Assembly: GCF_000189295.2 (NCBI RefSeq)
Contig: NC_016803.1
Location: forward strand, 1,500,001-1,532,000
DNA from: Pseudodesulfovibrio mercurii
Lineage (GTDB): Bacteria; Desulfobacterota; Desulfovibrionia; Desulfovibrionales; Desulfovibrionaceae
Direction: 5' to 3'
Length of the DNA stretch: 32,000 bases
The notes under the pieces are model-generated. The model was given only the letters and a program-made list of their open reading frames with translations. It was not told the origin of the DNA and made no database searches. The translations under genes were made by a program, and so were the position numbers. How positions within the stretch are numbered: position 1 is the first letter of the stretch; each line of letters starts with the position of its first letter. This document shows, in pieces, positions 1 through 9,204 of this stretch.

Positions 1-399
1 GTGACCTTCCCGGCCATCCGGGCCCACACCGTGGCCGACAGTATTTCCGCGGGGCTGCCCCGCGACCGCAAGAAGGCCATGGAGAGCGTGACCGACACGG
101 GCGGCGCGTTCCTGCGCGTGTCCGACGAGGCCATCCTCCAGGCCATCCCCGAACTGGCCAGGGCCACCGGCGTGTTCGCCGAGCCCGCCGGGGCCTCGCC
201 CCTGGCAGGGCTGCACGCGGCCGTGGACCAGGGACTGGTCCGCAGCGACGCCGTCTGCGTGCTCCTGGTGACCGGCTCGGGGCTGAAGGACGTGGACGCG
301 ACCATCCGCGCCTGCGCCGCCGAGCCCAGGGTCATCGCCCCGACCCTCGACGCCCTGGACAAGGCCATGAACACCGCCACGCGAAACCAAGAATCATAA
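1..399 (+). CDS. C-terminal fragment of a threonine-synthase-like fold-type II PLP enzyme (5' end outside the window)
   Basis: The ORF is open at the window edge. The layout ...VSDEAILQAI..LA...GVFAEPAGASPLAGL....VLLVTGSGLKDVD is typical of threonine-synthase-family C-termini. The next gene starts 21 nt downstream after AAGGAAGG. Confidence 0.6.
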   Translation: MTFPAIRAHTVADSISAGLPRDRKKAMESVTDTGGAFLRVSDEAILQAIPELARATGVFAEPAGASPLAGLHAAVDQGLVRSDAVCVLLVTGSGLKDVDATIRACAAEPRVIAPTLDALDKAMNTATRNQES

Positions 400-419
400 C
401 CGATAAAGGAAGGACAACC

Positions 420-1886
420 ATGCTTGACCTGACCATCAACCCGCAGGGCCTGGAAAGCGCCGTGGCCTGCGCGCGCGAGAAGAATATCATCATCCCCACC
501 CTGGAACAGATGTGCCACCCGGAGACGATCCCGGCCGCCATCCGGGAGAAGCTCGGCTCCGTCGGGCTGTGGGACCTCAACCCCCTGAACCTGTTCCGCA
601 TCACCTGGAAGAACGAGCCCGCCGTCAGCGGCGGCAAGTACGCGGGCGTGAACCACATCGAGCTGCCCTCCTCCCTGACCGGGGTCCCGGCGCGCATCGT
701 CATGCTCGTCGGCAAGTGGTTCCCCACCGGGGCGCACAAGGTCGGCGCGGCCTTCGGCTGCCTGGCCCCGCGCCTGGTCACCGGCCAGTTCGACCCGCGC
801 AAACAGAAGGCGGTCTGGCCGTCCACCGGCAACTACTGCCGGGGCGGTGCCTACGACTCCAACCTGCTCGGCTGCGAGTCCATCGCCATCCTGCCCGAGG
901 GCATGAGCCAGGAGCGCTTCGACTGGCTGGCCGCCGTGGCGGGCGAGACCATCAAAACCCCCGGCTCCGAGTCCAACGTCAAGGAGATCTTCGACAAGTG
1001 CTGGGAGCTGCGCAAGTCCGGCGACGACATCATGATCTTCAACCAGTTCGACGACATGGGCAACTACCTCTGGCACTACACCGTGACCGGCCGGGCCATG
1101 GTCGAGCTGATCGAGCAGCTGACCGACGACGCGGACAAGCGGTTCAAGGGCGTGGTCCTGTCCACCGGCTCGGGCGGCACCCTGGCCAGCGGCGACTACC
1201 TCAAGCAGCAGTACGCCCACGTCAAGGTGGCCGCCTGCGAGGCCCTGCAGTGCCCCACCCTGCTGAACAACGGGTTCGGCGCGCACCGCATCGAGGGCAT
1301 CGGCGACAAGCACGTGCCCTGGGTGCACAACGTGCGCAACACCGACATGGTCATCGCCGTGGACGACGAGGTGCCCATGAACCTCATCCGGCTGTTCAAC
1401 GAGCCCGCGGGCGTCGCGGCCCTCAAGGAGCACGGCGTCCCGGCGGAGATCGCCGACAACCTGCACCTGCTGGGCATCTCCTCGGTGGCCAACATGATCT
1501 CGGCCGTCAAGTTCGCCAAGTACTACGAGTTGGGCGAGGACGACGTGGTCCTGAGCGTGGCCACGGACTCCATGGAGATGTACCAGAGCCGCCTGGCCGA
1601 ACTGACCGCCGAGAAGGGCGCGTACGACGAGCAGGACGCCGCCTACTCGCGCGGCATGCTCGCGGCCACGACCATCGACAACATGGAGGAGCTCGGCTAC
1701 TACGACCGCAAGCGCATCCACAACCTCAAGTACTACACCTGGATCGAGCAGCAGGGCATGGCCTTTGCCGACATCCAGGCCCAGTGGTACGACGAGCACT
1801 ACTGGGAAAACATCCAGCGGCTCGCCCCGGAGGTGGACAAGCTGATCGACGCCTTCAACGCCAAGACCGGCCTGCTCGAGGGCTAG
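420..1886 (+). CDS. PLP-dependent enzyme of the cysteine-synthase / tryptophan-synthase-beta-like (PALP) fold, long 488-aa form
   Basis: Candidate PLP-lysine context FPTGAHKVGAAF, a later Gly-rich loop LSTGSGGTLASG, and an RBS AAGGAAGG upstream of the ATG. Codon usage matches its neighbours. Confidence 0.65.
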   Translation: MLDLTINPQGLESAVACAREKNIIIPTLEQMCHPETIPAAIREKLGSVGLWDLNPLNLFRITWKNEPAVSGGKYAGVNHIELPSSLTGVPARIVMLVGKWFPTGAHKVGAAFGCLAPRLVTGQFDPRKQKAVWPSTGNYCRGGAYDSNLLGCESIAILPEGMSQERFDWLAAVAGETIKTPGSESNVKEIFDKCWELRKSGDDIMIFNQFDDMGNYLWHYTVTGRAMVELIEQLTDDADKRFKGVVLSTGSGGTLASGDYLKQQYAHVKVAACEALQCPTLLNNGFGAHRIEGIGDKHVPWVHNVRNTDMVIAVDDEVPMNLIRLFNEPAGVAALKEHGVPAEIADNLHLLGISSVANMISAVKFAKYYELGEDDVVLSVATDSMEMYQSRLAELTAEKGAYDEQDAAYSRGMLAATTIDNMEELGYYDRKRIHNLKYYTWIEQQGMAFADIQAQWYDEHYWENIQRLAPEVDKLIDAFNAKTGLLEG

Positions 1887-1896
1887 GGAGGCGACC

Positions 1897-3090
1897 ATGC
1901 CGAACAAGGAAAAGTACTGCAATCTGAGCGTGGCCCTGTGCCAGGAGCTGGTCTCCCTGCCGAGCCTGTCCGGCGAGGAGGGCGACGTGGCCAAGGCCCT
2001 GGCCGCGACCATGGAGGCCAACGGCTTCCACAAGGTCACGACCGACCGCTACGGCAACGTCCTGGGGCGCATCAAGGGCAACAAGCCCGGCCCGTGCGTC
2101 CTGTTCGACGGGCACATGGACGTGGTTCCGGTGCCCGATCCGTCCGCCTGGACCCAGGCCCCCTTCGGCGGCGACATCGTGGACGGCAAGATCTACGGCC
2201 GGGGCACCTCGGACATGAAGGGCGCCCTGTCCGCCATGGTCGGGGCCGCCGCCTGGTTCGCCAAGGAGACCAGGGGCAAGTTCGCGGGCGAGGTCTGCGT
2301 GGCGGGCGTGGTCCACGAGGAACTCTTCGAGGGCATCGCCGCGCGCGAAATCTCCCAGGCGGTCAAGCCGGACTTCGTCATCATCGGCGAGGCCTCGGAG
2401 CTGAACGTCAAGATCGGCCAGCGCGGCCGGGCCGAGATCGTGGTCGAGACCATGGGCGTGCCCGCCCACTCGGCCAACCCGGACAAGGGCGTCAACGCCG
2501 TGCACCTGATGACCGACCTGATCCGCGAGATCGATAAAATCGAGGCCCCGGAACAGCCGGTCCTGGGCAAGGGCATCTGCGTGCTCACGGACATCAAGTC
2601 CACGCCCTACCCCGGCTCGTCCGTGGTCCCCAGCGGCTGCCGGGCCACCTACGACCGCCGCCTGCTGGTGGGCGAGACCCCGGAATCCGTCCTGGCCCCC
2701 ATCAACGAGGCCATCGCGCGCCTGGCCCAGGCCAACCCCGACTTCAAGGCCAAGGCCTACTTCGCCAAGGGGTACGAGACCTGCTACACCGGCGTGCACA
2801 TCCAGGGCGAGCGCTTCTTCCCGGGCTGGCTGTTCGCCCCCGAGACCCCGTTCGTGGCCGCCGCACTGGCCGGACTCCGCGAGGCCGGGCTCGAACCCGG
2901 ACTGTCCCACTACTCCTTCTGCACCAACGGCTCCCACTACGCGGGCGAGGCGGGCATCCGCACCATCGGCTACGGCCCGTCGCGTGAAAACCTGGCCCAC
3001 ACCATCGACGAACACGTCGAGGTGGACCAGCTGCACAAGGTCACCACGGGCTACAAGGCGATCATCGAAGCCCTGCTCGCCTGCGAGTAG
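1897..3090 (+). CDS. ygeY: YgeY-type M20 family metallohydrolase (ArgE/DapE/ACY1 superfamily)
   Basis: The motifs HMDVVP, GRGTSDMKGA, GQRGRAEI, AHSANPDKGVNA, YDRRLLVGET and FCTNGSH...IGYGP....AHT.DE are collinear with E. coli YgeY as I recall it. GGAGG lies upstream. Confidence 0.75.
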   Translation: MPNKEKYCNLSVALCQELVSLPSLSGEEGDVAKALAATMEANGFHKVTTDRYGNVLGRIKGNKPGPCVLFDGHMDVVPVPDPSAWTQAPFGGDIVDGKIYGRGTSDMKGALSAMVGAAAWFAKETRGKFAGEVCVAGVVHEELFEGIAAREISQAVKPDFVIIGEASELNVKIGQRGRAEIVVETMGVPAHSANPDKGVNAVHLMTDLIREIDKIEAPEQPVLGKGICVLTDIKSTPYPGSSVVPSGCRATYDRRLLVGETPESVLAPINEAIARLAQANPDFKAKAYFAKGYETCYTGVHIQGERFFPGWLFAPETPFVAAALAGLREAGLEPGLSHYSFCTNGSHYAGEAGIRTIGYGPSRENLAHTIDEHVEVDQLHKVTTGYKAIIEALLACE

Positions 3091-3103
3091 CCAGGGGGAA
3101 ATC

Positions 3104-4693
3104 ATGAGCATCCGCATCGAAAACGCCCGCATCATCGACGGCACCGGCTCCCCGGCCATGCCGGGCGGCGTGCGCGTCGAGGACGGGGTCATCACCCACG
3201 TGGGCCCGAACCCGCCCGAGGCGGACCAAACCATCGACGCCCAGGGGCGCGTGGTCTGCCCCGGCTTCATCGACACCCACTCCCACTCCGACCTGGTGGT
3301 CATGGAAAACCCGTTCATCTGGCCCAAGATCCGCCAGGGCGTGACCACGGAAATCCTCGGCCAGGACGGCATCTCCATGGCCCCCCTGCCCATCCGGCAC
3401 ATCCCGGCCTGGCGCAAGAACCTGAGCGGCCTGGAGGGCGAGTCCGACACCCTGGACTGGACCTGGGAGACCACCGACGGCTACCTCGCGCGCCTGGAAG
3501 GAACCGGCGTGGGCGCCAACGTCGGCTACCTGGCCCCCCACGGCAACGTGCGCATGGAGGCCATGGGCCTGGACGGCCGCCCGGCCGGGCTCGGCGACCT
3601 GACCGTGCTCAAGGCCGTGCTCCGCCGCGAACTCGAGGCCGGGGCCTTCGGCCTGTCCACCGGGCTCATCTACCCGCCCTGCACCTACGCGGACCAGGCC
3701 GAAATGGAGGCCCTCTGCTCGGTGGCCGCCGAGTTCGACCGCCCCCTGGTCATCCACCAGCGCTCCGAGGCGGATACCATCCTCGAATCCATGGCCGAGG
3801 TGCTCGACATCGCCCGGCACACCGGGGTGCACGTGCACTTCTCCCACTTCAAGATCTGCGGCAAGTACAACGCCGACAAGCTCGACCGCGTCCTCGGCCT
3901 GCTCGACCAGGCCGCCGACGAGGGCCTCAAGGTGACCATCGACCAGTACCCCTACGTGGCGGGCTCGACCATGCTCGGGGCCATCCTACCCCCCTGGGCC
4001 CACGCGGGCGGCACGGACAAGCTCCTGGAACGGCTGGCCGACGAGAAATCCCGCACCCGCATGCTCCGCGACATCCGCGACGGCATCCTCGGCTGGGACA
4101 ACTTCGTGGCCTTCGCGGGCGTGGACGGCATCTTCGTCACCAGCGTGCGCACCCCGGCCAACGAAGACGCCATCGGCAAGACCCTGGTCCAGCTCGGCGA
4201 AATGCGCGGCAAGCCGCCCCTCGTGGCCGCCCTCGACCTCCTGCTCCAGGAGGAGAACGCCGTCGGCATGGTCGACTTCTACGGCCTCGAGGAACACGTC
4301 AAGACGTTCATGGCCAGACCGGAAATGAACGTCTGCACCGACGGCCTGCTCGGCGGCACGCCCCACCCGCGCACCTACGGGGCCTTCCCCCGCGTGCTCG
4401 GCAAATACGTGCGCGAGGAACAGGTCATGCCGCTGGAAACCGCGGTCCGCAAGATGACCGGCAAGCCCGCCGAGACCTTCCACATCGACAAGCGCGGCCT
4501 GCTCAAACCCGGCTACCACGCCGACATCGTCCTGTTCGACCCGGACACCGTGCGCGACAAGGGCACCTACACCGAACCGCGCCAACACCCCACCGGCATC
4601 GACCTGGTCATGATCAACGGCACCGTAGTCCACGGACCCGACACCCCGGCCACCTCCACTCCCTCCGGCCGCGTGCTCAGGTTGGGCAGATAA
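3104..4693 (+). CDS. D-aminoacylase / N-acyl-D-amino-acid deacylase (amidohydrolase superfamily)
   Basis: N-terminus MSIRIENARIIDGTG...VEDGVI..VG....IDAQGRVVCPGFIDTHSHSD, the classic D-aminoacylase start. The start was moved from 2984 to the ATG at 3104, which is preceded by AGGGGGAA and sits just after the YgeY stop. Confidence 0.8.
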   Translation: MSIRIENARIIDGTGSPAMPGGVRVEDGVITHVGPNPPEADQTIDAQGRVVCPGFIDTHSHSDLVVMENPFIWPKIRQGVTTEILGQDGISMAPLPIRHIPAWRKNLSGLEGESDTLDWTWETTDGYLARLEGTGVGANVGYLAPHGNVRMEAMGLDGRPAGLGDLTVLKAVLRRELEAGAFGLSTGLIYPPCTYADQAEMEALCSVAAEFDRPLVIHQRSEADTILESMAEVLDIARHTGVHVHFSHFKICGKYNADKLDRVLGLLDQAADEGLKVTIDQYPYVAGSTMLGAILPPWAHAGGTDKLLERLADEKSRTRMLRDIRDGILGWDNFVAFAGVDGIFVTSVRTPANEDAIGKTLVQLGEMRGKPPLVAALDLLLQEENAVGMVDFYGLEEHVKTFMARPEMNVCTDGLLGGTPHPRTYGAFPRVLGKYVREEQVMPLETAVRKMTGKPAETFHIDKRGLLKPGYHADIVLFDPDTVRDKGTYTEPRQHPTGIDLVMINGTVVHGPDTPATSTPSGRVLRLGR

Positions 4694-4699
4694 GAATGC

Positions 4700-4998
4700 C
4701 TCCGGCGGCCGGGGGAAGGGGGAGAAAAACCCTTTGAAAAGGGTTGTTTCTCCCCCTTCCCCAGGACCCCCATCCCCCTCTTTTCCCAAACTTTTTTGTG
4801 CGCTTCGCGGGTGCGAAGGGCGCGCTTTGCCGTGCGTTTTTGCCGGACAAATTCAGGGCTGAAAACTCGGCCTTGGATATGGCACGAATAACAGTACATG
4901 GCCTCCGCGAAGCGGCGCCAAAAAGTTTTGGAGAGTCCGGAGAACCTTTTCCAAAAGGTTCTCTGGCGGGGTCCGGGGCAGCGCCCCGGCCGTCGGAG
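4700..4998. repeat. Palindrome-rich intergenic element of about 300 bp with imperfect terminal inverted repeats (REP/MITE-like); its hairpins probably also act as terminators for the two convergent flanking genes
   Basis: The ends CTCCGGCGGCCGGGG (4700-4714) and the reverse complement of 4984-4998 (CTCCGACGGCCGGGG) match at 14/15. Internal hairpins are 4712-4762 (21 bp, one bulge), roughly 4800-4826, 4937-4966 (GAGAACCTTTT/AAAAGGTTCTC) and 4973-4989 (CCGGGGC-AGC-GCCCCGG). Confidence 0.45.
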
Positions 4999-5018
4999 AC
5001 GCCCGCCCGGCGAGGGCC

Positions 5019-7007
5019 CTACGCCACGCAGTCGGCGGTGACCCCGGCCTCGGTGCGGGAGAGTCGGCAGAAGCGGGAGCGATCCTCGTCGCTGCCGATG
5101 AAGGCCACGAGGTCGCCGGATTCAAGGACGTAGGCGGCGTCGGGGTTAGTCTTGAGCAGGCCGTTGCGGACCACGCCGACCACGGACGCGCCGGTGGCCT
5201 TGCGGATGTTGCTTTCGCCGATGGATTTCCCGGCCAGGGGGCTGGTGGGCGGGACCTTGATCCATTGCAGGTCGAACTGTTGTTCCGCGCCCCGGAACTG
5301 GACGAGTTCGCGGTATTCGTCGGAGGAGTCGGCCAGCACGGAGTAGAATTCCTGGCGGATGCGGTCGGTGTGCCGCTGGATTTCCACGGGCGACTTGTGC
5401 AGGCGCAGCAGGGACTGGCGGGACATTTCCAGGCTGGCCTCGAGTTCCGGGAGCACGGCCTCGTCGGCCCCGAGTTCCTTCATGTCGTGGAGGTGCTCGC
5501 GGGTGGTGGACCGGGCGATGATGTCGAGGTTCGGATTGTCGCGCTTGGCGTTCTGGATGATGGCCCGGGTGGTCACCAGGTCGGGCACGGTGACGATGAG
5601 CTGGGCCGCGTCGCGCAGTCCGGCGGCCTCGAGGACGATCTCCTGGCTGGCGTCGCCGTAGACGGCGGGGATGCCCGCCTTCTTGGCCTGTTCGAAACGG
5701 CGGTGGTCCAGTTCCACGACCACGTGGGTCATGTCGAAGCGCTTGAGGATCTGGGCTATCTCCAGGCCCACGCGGCCCGCGCCGAGGATGATGACATGGC
5801 CGCTCAGGCCGTTTCGGGGCATGTTCGAGGATTCGAGCTGTTCATGGCGGAACCAGCGCTTGCGCAGGTTGTAGAGCCGGGCGGTCTGGCCCGAGACGAT
5901 GGGGGTCAGGACCATGGAGATGATGGTCACGGTCAGGATCAGGGCGTAGAGGTCCTGGTCGATGGACCCGGTGGACAGGCCGAGGCGGGCCAGGACGAAG
6001 GAAAACTCGCCGATCTGGAACAGCCCGAGTCCCACGGCCAGAGGGACCACGTTGCGGTAGCCGAAGAGCCGGGAGAGCACGGCGAAGATGATCCCCTTGC
6101 CCACGCAGAGGACGGCCAGGAGCCAGCAGACCTCGCGGAAGTGGTGGACCAGGAACATGGGGTCGAAGAGCATGCCCACGGAGGAGAAGAAGAGCAGCCC
6201 GAAGATGTCGCGCAGGGGGATGATGTCGGACAGGGCCTGGTGGCCGAAGTCCGATTCGGACAGGACCATGCCCGCCACGAAGGCCCCGAAGGCGAAGGAC
6301 AGCCCGGCCAGGTAGGTCAGGTAGCCCACGCCCAGGCCGATGGCGGCGATGGCCAGGAGGAAGAGCTCGCGCGAGCCGAGGCGGGCGATGCGGGCCATGA
6401 GCCAGGGCAGCAGCCGGGTGCCGAGGAGGATCATGGAGGCCAGGAACACGGCGGCCTTGACCAGGGCGAAGCCGAGCTTGGGCAGGCCGACCACCGGGTC
6501 GTTCAGTTCGGGCAGGACGATCATCATGGGCACCACGGCCAGGTCCTGGACGATGAGCATGCCGATCATGACCTTGGAGGACAGGGTGCCGAGCCAGCCC
6601 TGGTTCATCAGGGTCTTGAGGAGGACCATGGTGCTCGAAAAGGAGGCCAGGGCCCCGAGCCACAGGGAGGACTTCCAGTCCAGGCCCATGATCTGGCCCA
6701 CGGCGTACCCCAGGGCCATGGTCAGGAGCATCTGGATCGGGGTGCCGATGAGGGCCACGAACTTGACCGGCTTGAGGTCCTTGAAGGAGAACTCCAGTCC
6801 CAGGGCGAAGAGCAGGAGCGCGATGCCGATCTCGGCCAGCAGCTCGATCTCGTGGGTCCCGGACACGGTCAGCCCGCCGGTGTACGGCCCGAGGAGCACC
6901 CCGGCCAGTATGTAGCCGAGGATGATCGGCTGCTTCAAGCGCTGGGCCGCCAGGCCGCAGAAGAAGGCGAAGACGATGATCAGGATGATGTCCGTGGCCA
7001 GGCCCAT
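5019..7007 (-). CDS. CPA2 monovalent cation:proton antiporter with C-terminal RCK (TrkA-N/TrkA-C) domains, KefB/YbaL-like
   Basis: About 12 predicted TM helices are followed by a Rossmann motif [10 protein letters not shown] and a TrkA-C-like tail ([19 protein letters not shown]). The RBS AAGGTGGA precedes the ATG at 7007. Confidence 0.85.
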   Translation of the reverse strand: MGLATDIILIIVFAFFCGLAAQRLKQPIILGYILAGVLLGPYTGGLTVSGTHEIELLAEIGIALLLFALGLEFSFKDLKPVKFVALIGTPIQMLLTMALGYAVGQIMGLDWKSSLWLGALASFSSTMVLLKTLMNQGWLGTLSSKVMIGMLIVQDLAVVPMMIVLPELNDPVVGLPKLGFALVKAAVFLASMILLGTRLLPWLMARIARLGSRELFLLAIAAIGLGVGYLTYLAGLSFAFGAFVAGMVLSESDFGHQALSDIIPLRDIFGLLFFSSVGMLFDPMFLVHHFREVCWLLAVLCVGKGIIFAVLSRLFGYRNVVPLAVGLGLFQIGEFSFVLARLGLSTGSIDQDLYALILTVTIISMVLTPIVSGQTARLYNLRKRWFRHEQLESSNMPRNGLSGHVIILGAGRVGLEIAQILKRFDMTHVVVELDHRRFEQAKKAGIPAVYGDASQEIVLEAAGLRDAAQLIVTVPDLVTTRAIIQNAKRDNPNLDIIARSTTREHLHDMKELGADEAVLPELEASLEMSRQSLLRLHKSPVEIQRHTDRIRQEFYSVLADSSDEYRELVQFRGAEQQFDLQWIKVPPTSPLAGKSIGESNIRKATGASVVGVVRNGLLKTNPDAAYVLESGDLVAFIGSDEDRSRFCRLSRTEAGVTADCVA

Positions 7008-7231
7008 GTCAGGTCCACCTTGCGTGTTGTCGGGGTTGCGCGCGGGCCGTCCGACCGGCCCCGGCGCGCGGAGTCTTTACCATAATGGGGATCATGCCGG
7101 TAATCCAGACGAAAAGAAGGCCTGCGCGCAAAGCGTGCAAGCCTCCATTTTCATTGTTCTTCATCCCGGAAACAGCCGAGGCCCGAGACCCGGTCCTCGG
7201 ACGGACGGGTCACGGTCCCGGTGCGCTGCTT

Positions 7232-7258
7232 CCGGGGGACGGCCCGAAGGCCCCCCGG
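7232..7258 (-). terminator. GC-rich hairpin at the 3' end of the 13-gene cluster
   Basis: CCGGGGG(acGGCCcgaaGGCC)CCCCCGG lies immediately after the TAG at 7260-7262. There is no clear U-tract. Confidence 0.4.
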
Positions 7259-7259
7259 T

Positions 7260-7589
7260 CTAGCACTTGGACGGCGCCAGGGCGGGCTCGGCGTCCGGGT
7301 CGTAGATCACGTCGCCGTCGTCGGTCACCTGCGGGTTGAGCTCCTCCATGAAGTCCTGGGTCATGCCCGGGACCTTGAGCATGTCCTCGGCGGACTTGAA
7401 GGGACCGTTGGCCTTGCGGTAGTCCACGATGGCCTTGGCCAGCTCCTCGGGGATGTCGATGTCCTCGATGGCCATGAGTTCCTGGACCGAGGCCTTGTTG
7501 AAGCTGACGACGCCGTCCTGGGCAAAGGCGGCGGCCGCGAAGAACAGGCAGGCGGCGGCCAGGGTGATGGAGAGGATGATCTTCTGCAT
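7260..7589 (-). CDS. Small exported ComEA-like helix-hairpin-helix protein (paralog 1), C-terminus ...APSKC
   Basis: Signal peptide MQKIILSITLAAACLFFAAAAFA, then the SFNKASVQELMAI..I..ELAKAIVDYR..NGPF....DMLKVPGM pattern of ComEA-type HhH domains. The start was reset to the ATG at 7589, preceded by AAGGA. Confidence 0.7.
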   Translation of the reverse strand: MQKIILSITLAAACLFFAAAAFAQDGVVSFNKASVQELMAIEDIDIPEELAKAIVDYRKANGPFKSAEDMLKVPGMTQDFMEELNPQVTDDGDVIYDPDAEPALAPSKC

Positions 7590-7670
7590 GTCGTTGTCCT
7601 TGTATGCGTTTTGGGAGCGGGCGAGGCGGTCCGGAGGTTGGGCCGCCCCGCCCATGGGGTTTGGTATCGG

Positions 7671-9110
7671 TTAGCCCGCCTTGATCCGGAAGGTGGTGTT
7701 GTCCGGAGGCGTGACCTTGATTTCCGTGGGCTTCTTGAGCTGCGGCACGTAGTCGTAGGGCACGCGGTAGGCGCGGTAGACCAGGTTGTACTTGCCGTTC
7801 TGGGTGTAGTACGGGCTGATGTATTCCCAGACGATCTCGTGGTCCGGGGTGACTTCCTGGAACTGTCCGACGGCGCCGTTGGTGATCAGCGTGTTGCCGT
7901 TGGGCAGCCGCTGGGCCGAGGACACGTAGTCGGAGTAGAACTGGTACTTGTTGCGCATGCCCATCTGCTTGGCCGAGTGCTCCCAGACCATCTTCAGGGT
8001 GCGCGGGTCGAACTCGATGACGCGGGAGTAGTCGCGGCGGGCGTCGGACCAGCCCACGGGCGCGCCGGGGTTGCGCTTGCCGTAGCCAGCGTAGCCGCCG
8101 TTGTCATAGATCAGGATGTTGCCCTCGCCCGGCAGACCCTTGGGGATCATGTGGGTGTGGTGCTGGCCGATGATCTGTTCGAGCTTGGACAGGGCGCGCT
8201 TGTACTCCTTGCCGCCGAAGGTCCACATGGAATCGCCGTAGAACTCGGGGCCCACCTGCCAGACGACCTTCTTCGTCGCCTTGTCGATGATGAAGCTGGT
8301 GTTGGTCTGGCGGCAGGAGATGATGATGTTGTCCGGGTTGAAGACCGCGTACTTCTCCTTGTCCTCGTCCCACCACTTGTTGGGGCCGAGATAGGAGGCG
8401 GCGTTGACGTGAATCCAGTCGCCGCCCTTGCGGCCCGGAGTGCGGGTCATGGAGAAGGTCGGATACTTGTACATGGTCTTCTTGAAGTCCAGGGGGAAGT
8501 CCATCTCGTCGAAGTGCTCGGAGGCGAGCCAGTCCCAGATGATCTTGCCGTCGGCGTCCACCTCGGCGATGTAGTCGTCGTAGAGTTCCTTGTCGGAGAT
8601 GAACTGGTTGTGGACGAACTTGTGGGACAGGATGAGCATCTTGCCCTTGTAGTTGGCCACCGGCATGCCCGGGACGTGGTAGCCCACGGGGTTGCCCTCG
8701 AACTGGTAGTCGTGGTGCATGCCCGCGCGGGGAATGCTGCGGACCACCTTGTCGTTCCAGTCCACGACCACCAGGTCGGTGGAGTCCGGGTCGTCCCAGA
8801 CGCGGCCCTTCTTGTCCGGGGCCGGGCGCTTGGAGCCCGCCAGGTAGCCGCCCTTGAGCATTTTGGGCGGATGTTCGGCCTGGCAGATGTCCTTCCACTG
8901 CCTGACCACGTTGCCGTTCATATCGATGAGCACGGTGCCCTCGGATTCCACTTCGGTGCCGAAGACCGTGTAGCCGCCCCAGCACTTCTCGGGCTTGTAG
9001 ATGGTCGTACCGTGGGGGAAGACCGTGGGGAAGGACAAGGCCTTCAGGGGATTGACCAGCGTTGCCGCGGTTGCCACGGCTGCACCGGTAAGGAATTCAC
9101 GTCTCTTCAT
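7671..9110 (-). CDS. Arylsulfotransferase (ASST)-family beta-propeller protein, Tat-exported (paralog 2)
   Basis: Twin-arginine signal MKRREFLTGAAVATAA. Recurrent propeller motifs (LPNGNTLITNG, IDMNGNVV, GNILIYDNG) are typical of ASST-family proteins. RBS AAGGAGA. Confidence 0.7.
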   Translation of the reverse strand: MKRREFLTGAAVATAATLVNPLKALSFPTVFPHGTTIYKPEKCWGGYTVFGTEVESEGTVLIDMNGNVVRQWKDICQAEHPPKMLKGGYLAGSKRPAPDKKGRVWDDPDSTDLVVVDWNDKVVRSIPRAGMHHDYQFEGNPVGYHVPGMPVANYKGKMLILSHKFVHNQFISDKELYDDYIAEVDADGKIIWDWLASEHFDEMDFPLDFKKTMYKYPTFSMTRTPGRKGGDWIHVNAASYLGPNKWWDEDKEKYAVFNPDNIIISCRQTNTSFIIDKATKKVVWQVGPEFYGDSMWTFGGKEYKRALSKLEQIIGQHHTHMIPKGLPGEGNILIYDNGGYAGYGKRNPGAPVGWSDARRDYSRVIEFDPRTLKMVWEHSAKQMGMRNKYQFYSDYVSSAQRLPNGNTLITNGAVGQFQEVTPDHEIVWEYISPYYTQNGKYNLVYRAYRVPYDYVPQLKKPTEIKVTPPDNTTFRIKAG

Positions 9111-9166
9111 TATGTACTTTCTCCTTTGTCGCTCGCTTCGTGCGACGCGGATTGAAGTCTGTTGAT

Positions 9167-9190
9167 CCGGGACCGGCCCTCCGGTCCCGG
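9167..9190 (-). promoter_or_regulatory. Perfect 10-bp intercistronic hairpin between the two ASST genes (possible attenuator or mRNA stabiliser)
   Basis: CCGGGACCGG-CCCT-CCGGTCCCGG lies 14 nt downstream of the ASST-1 stop and 57 nt upstream of the ASST-2 start. Confidence 0.35.
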
Positions 9191-9204
9191 GCTGGATGCA
9201 CTCT

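Noticed and set aside
2984-3103. Upstream extensions of several track ORFs: 2984 for the D-aminoacylase, 14533 for the kinase, 25755 for the USP-like gene, 30092 for the TIGR02186-like gene, 30652 for the first USP, 23287 for DUF169, 7655 for HhH-1 and 10740 for ASST-1.
   Set aside because: The extensions overlap the preceding gene or intergenic regulatory DNA and are Arg/Pro-rich junk. Internal starts with a Shine-Dalgarno site plus a signal peptide or conserved N-terminus fit better.
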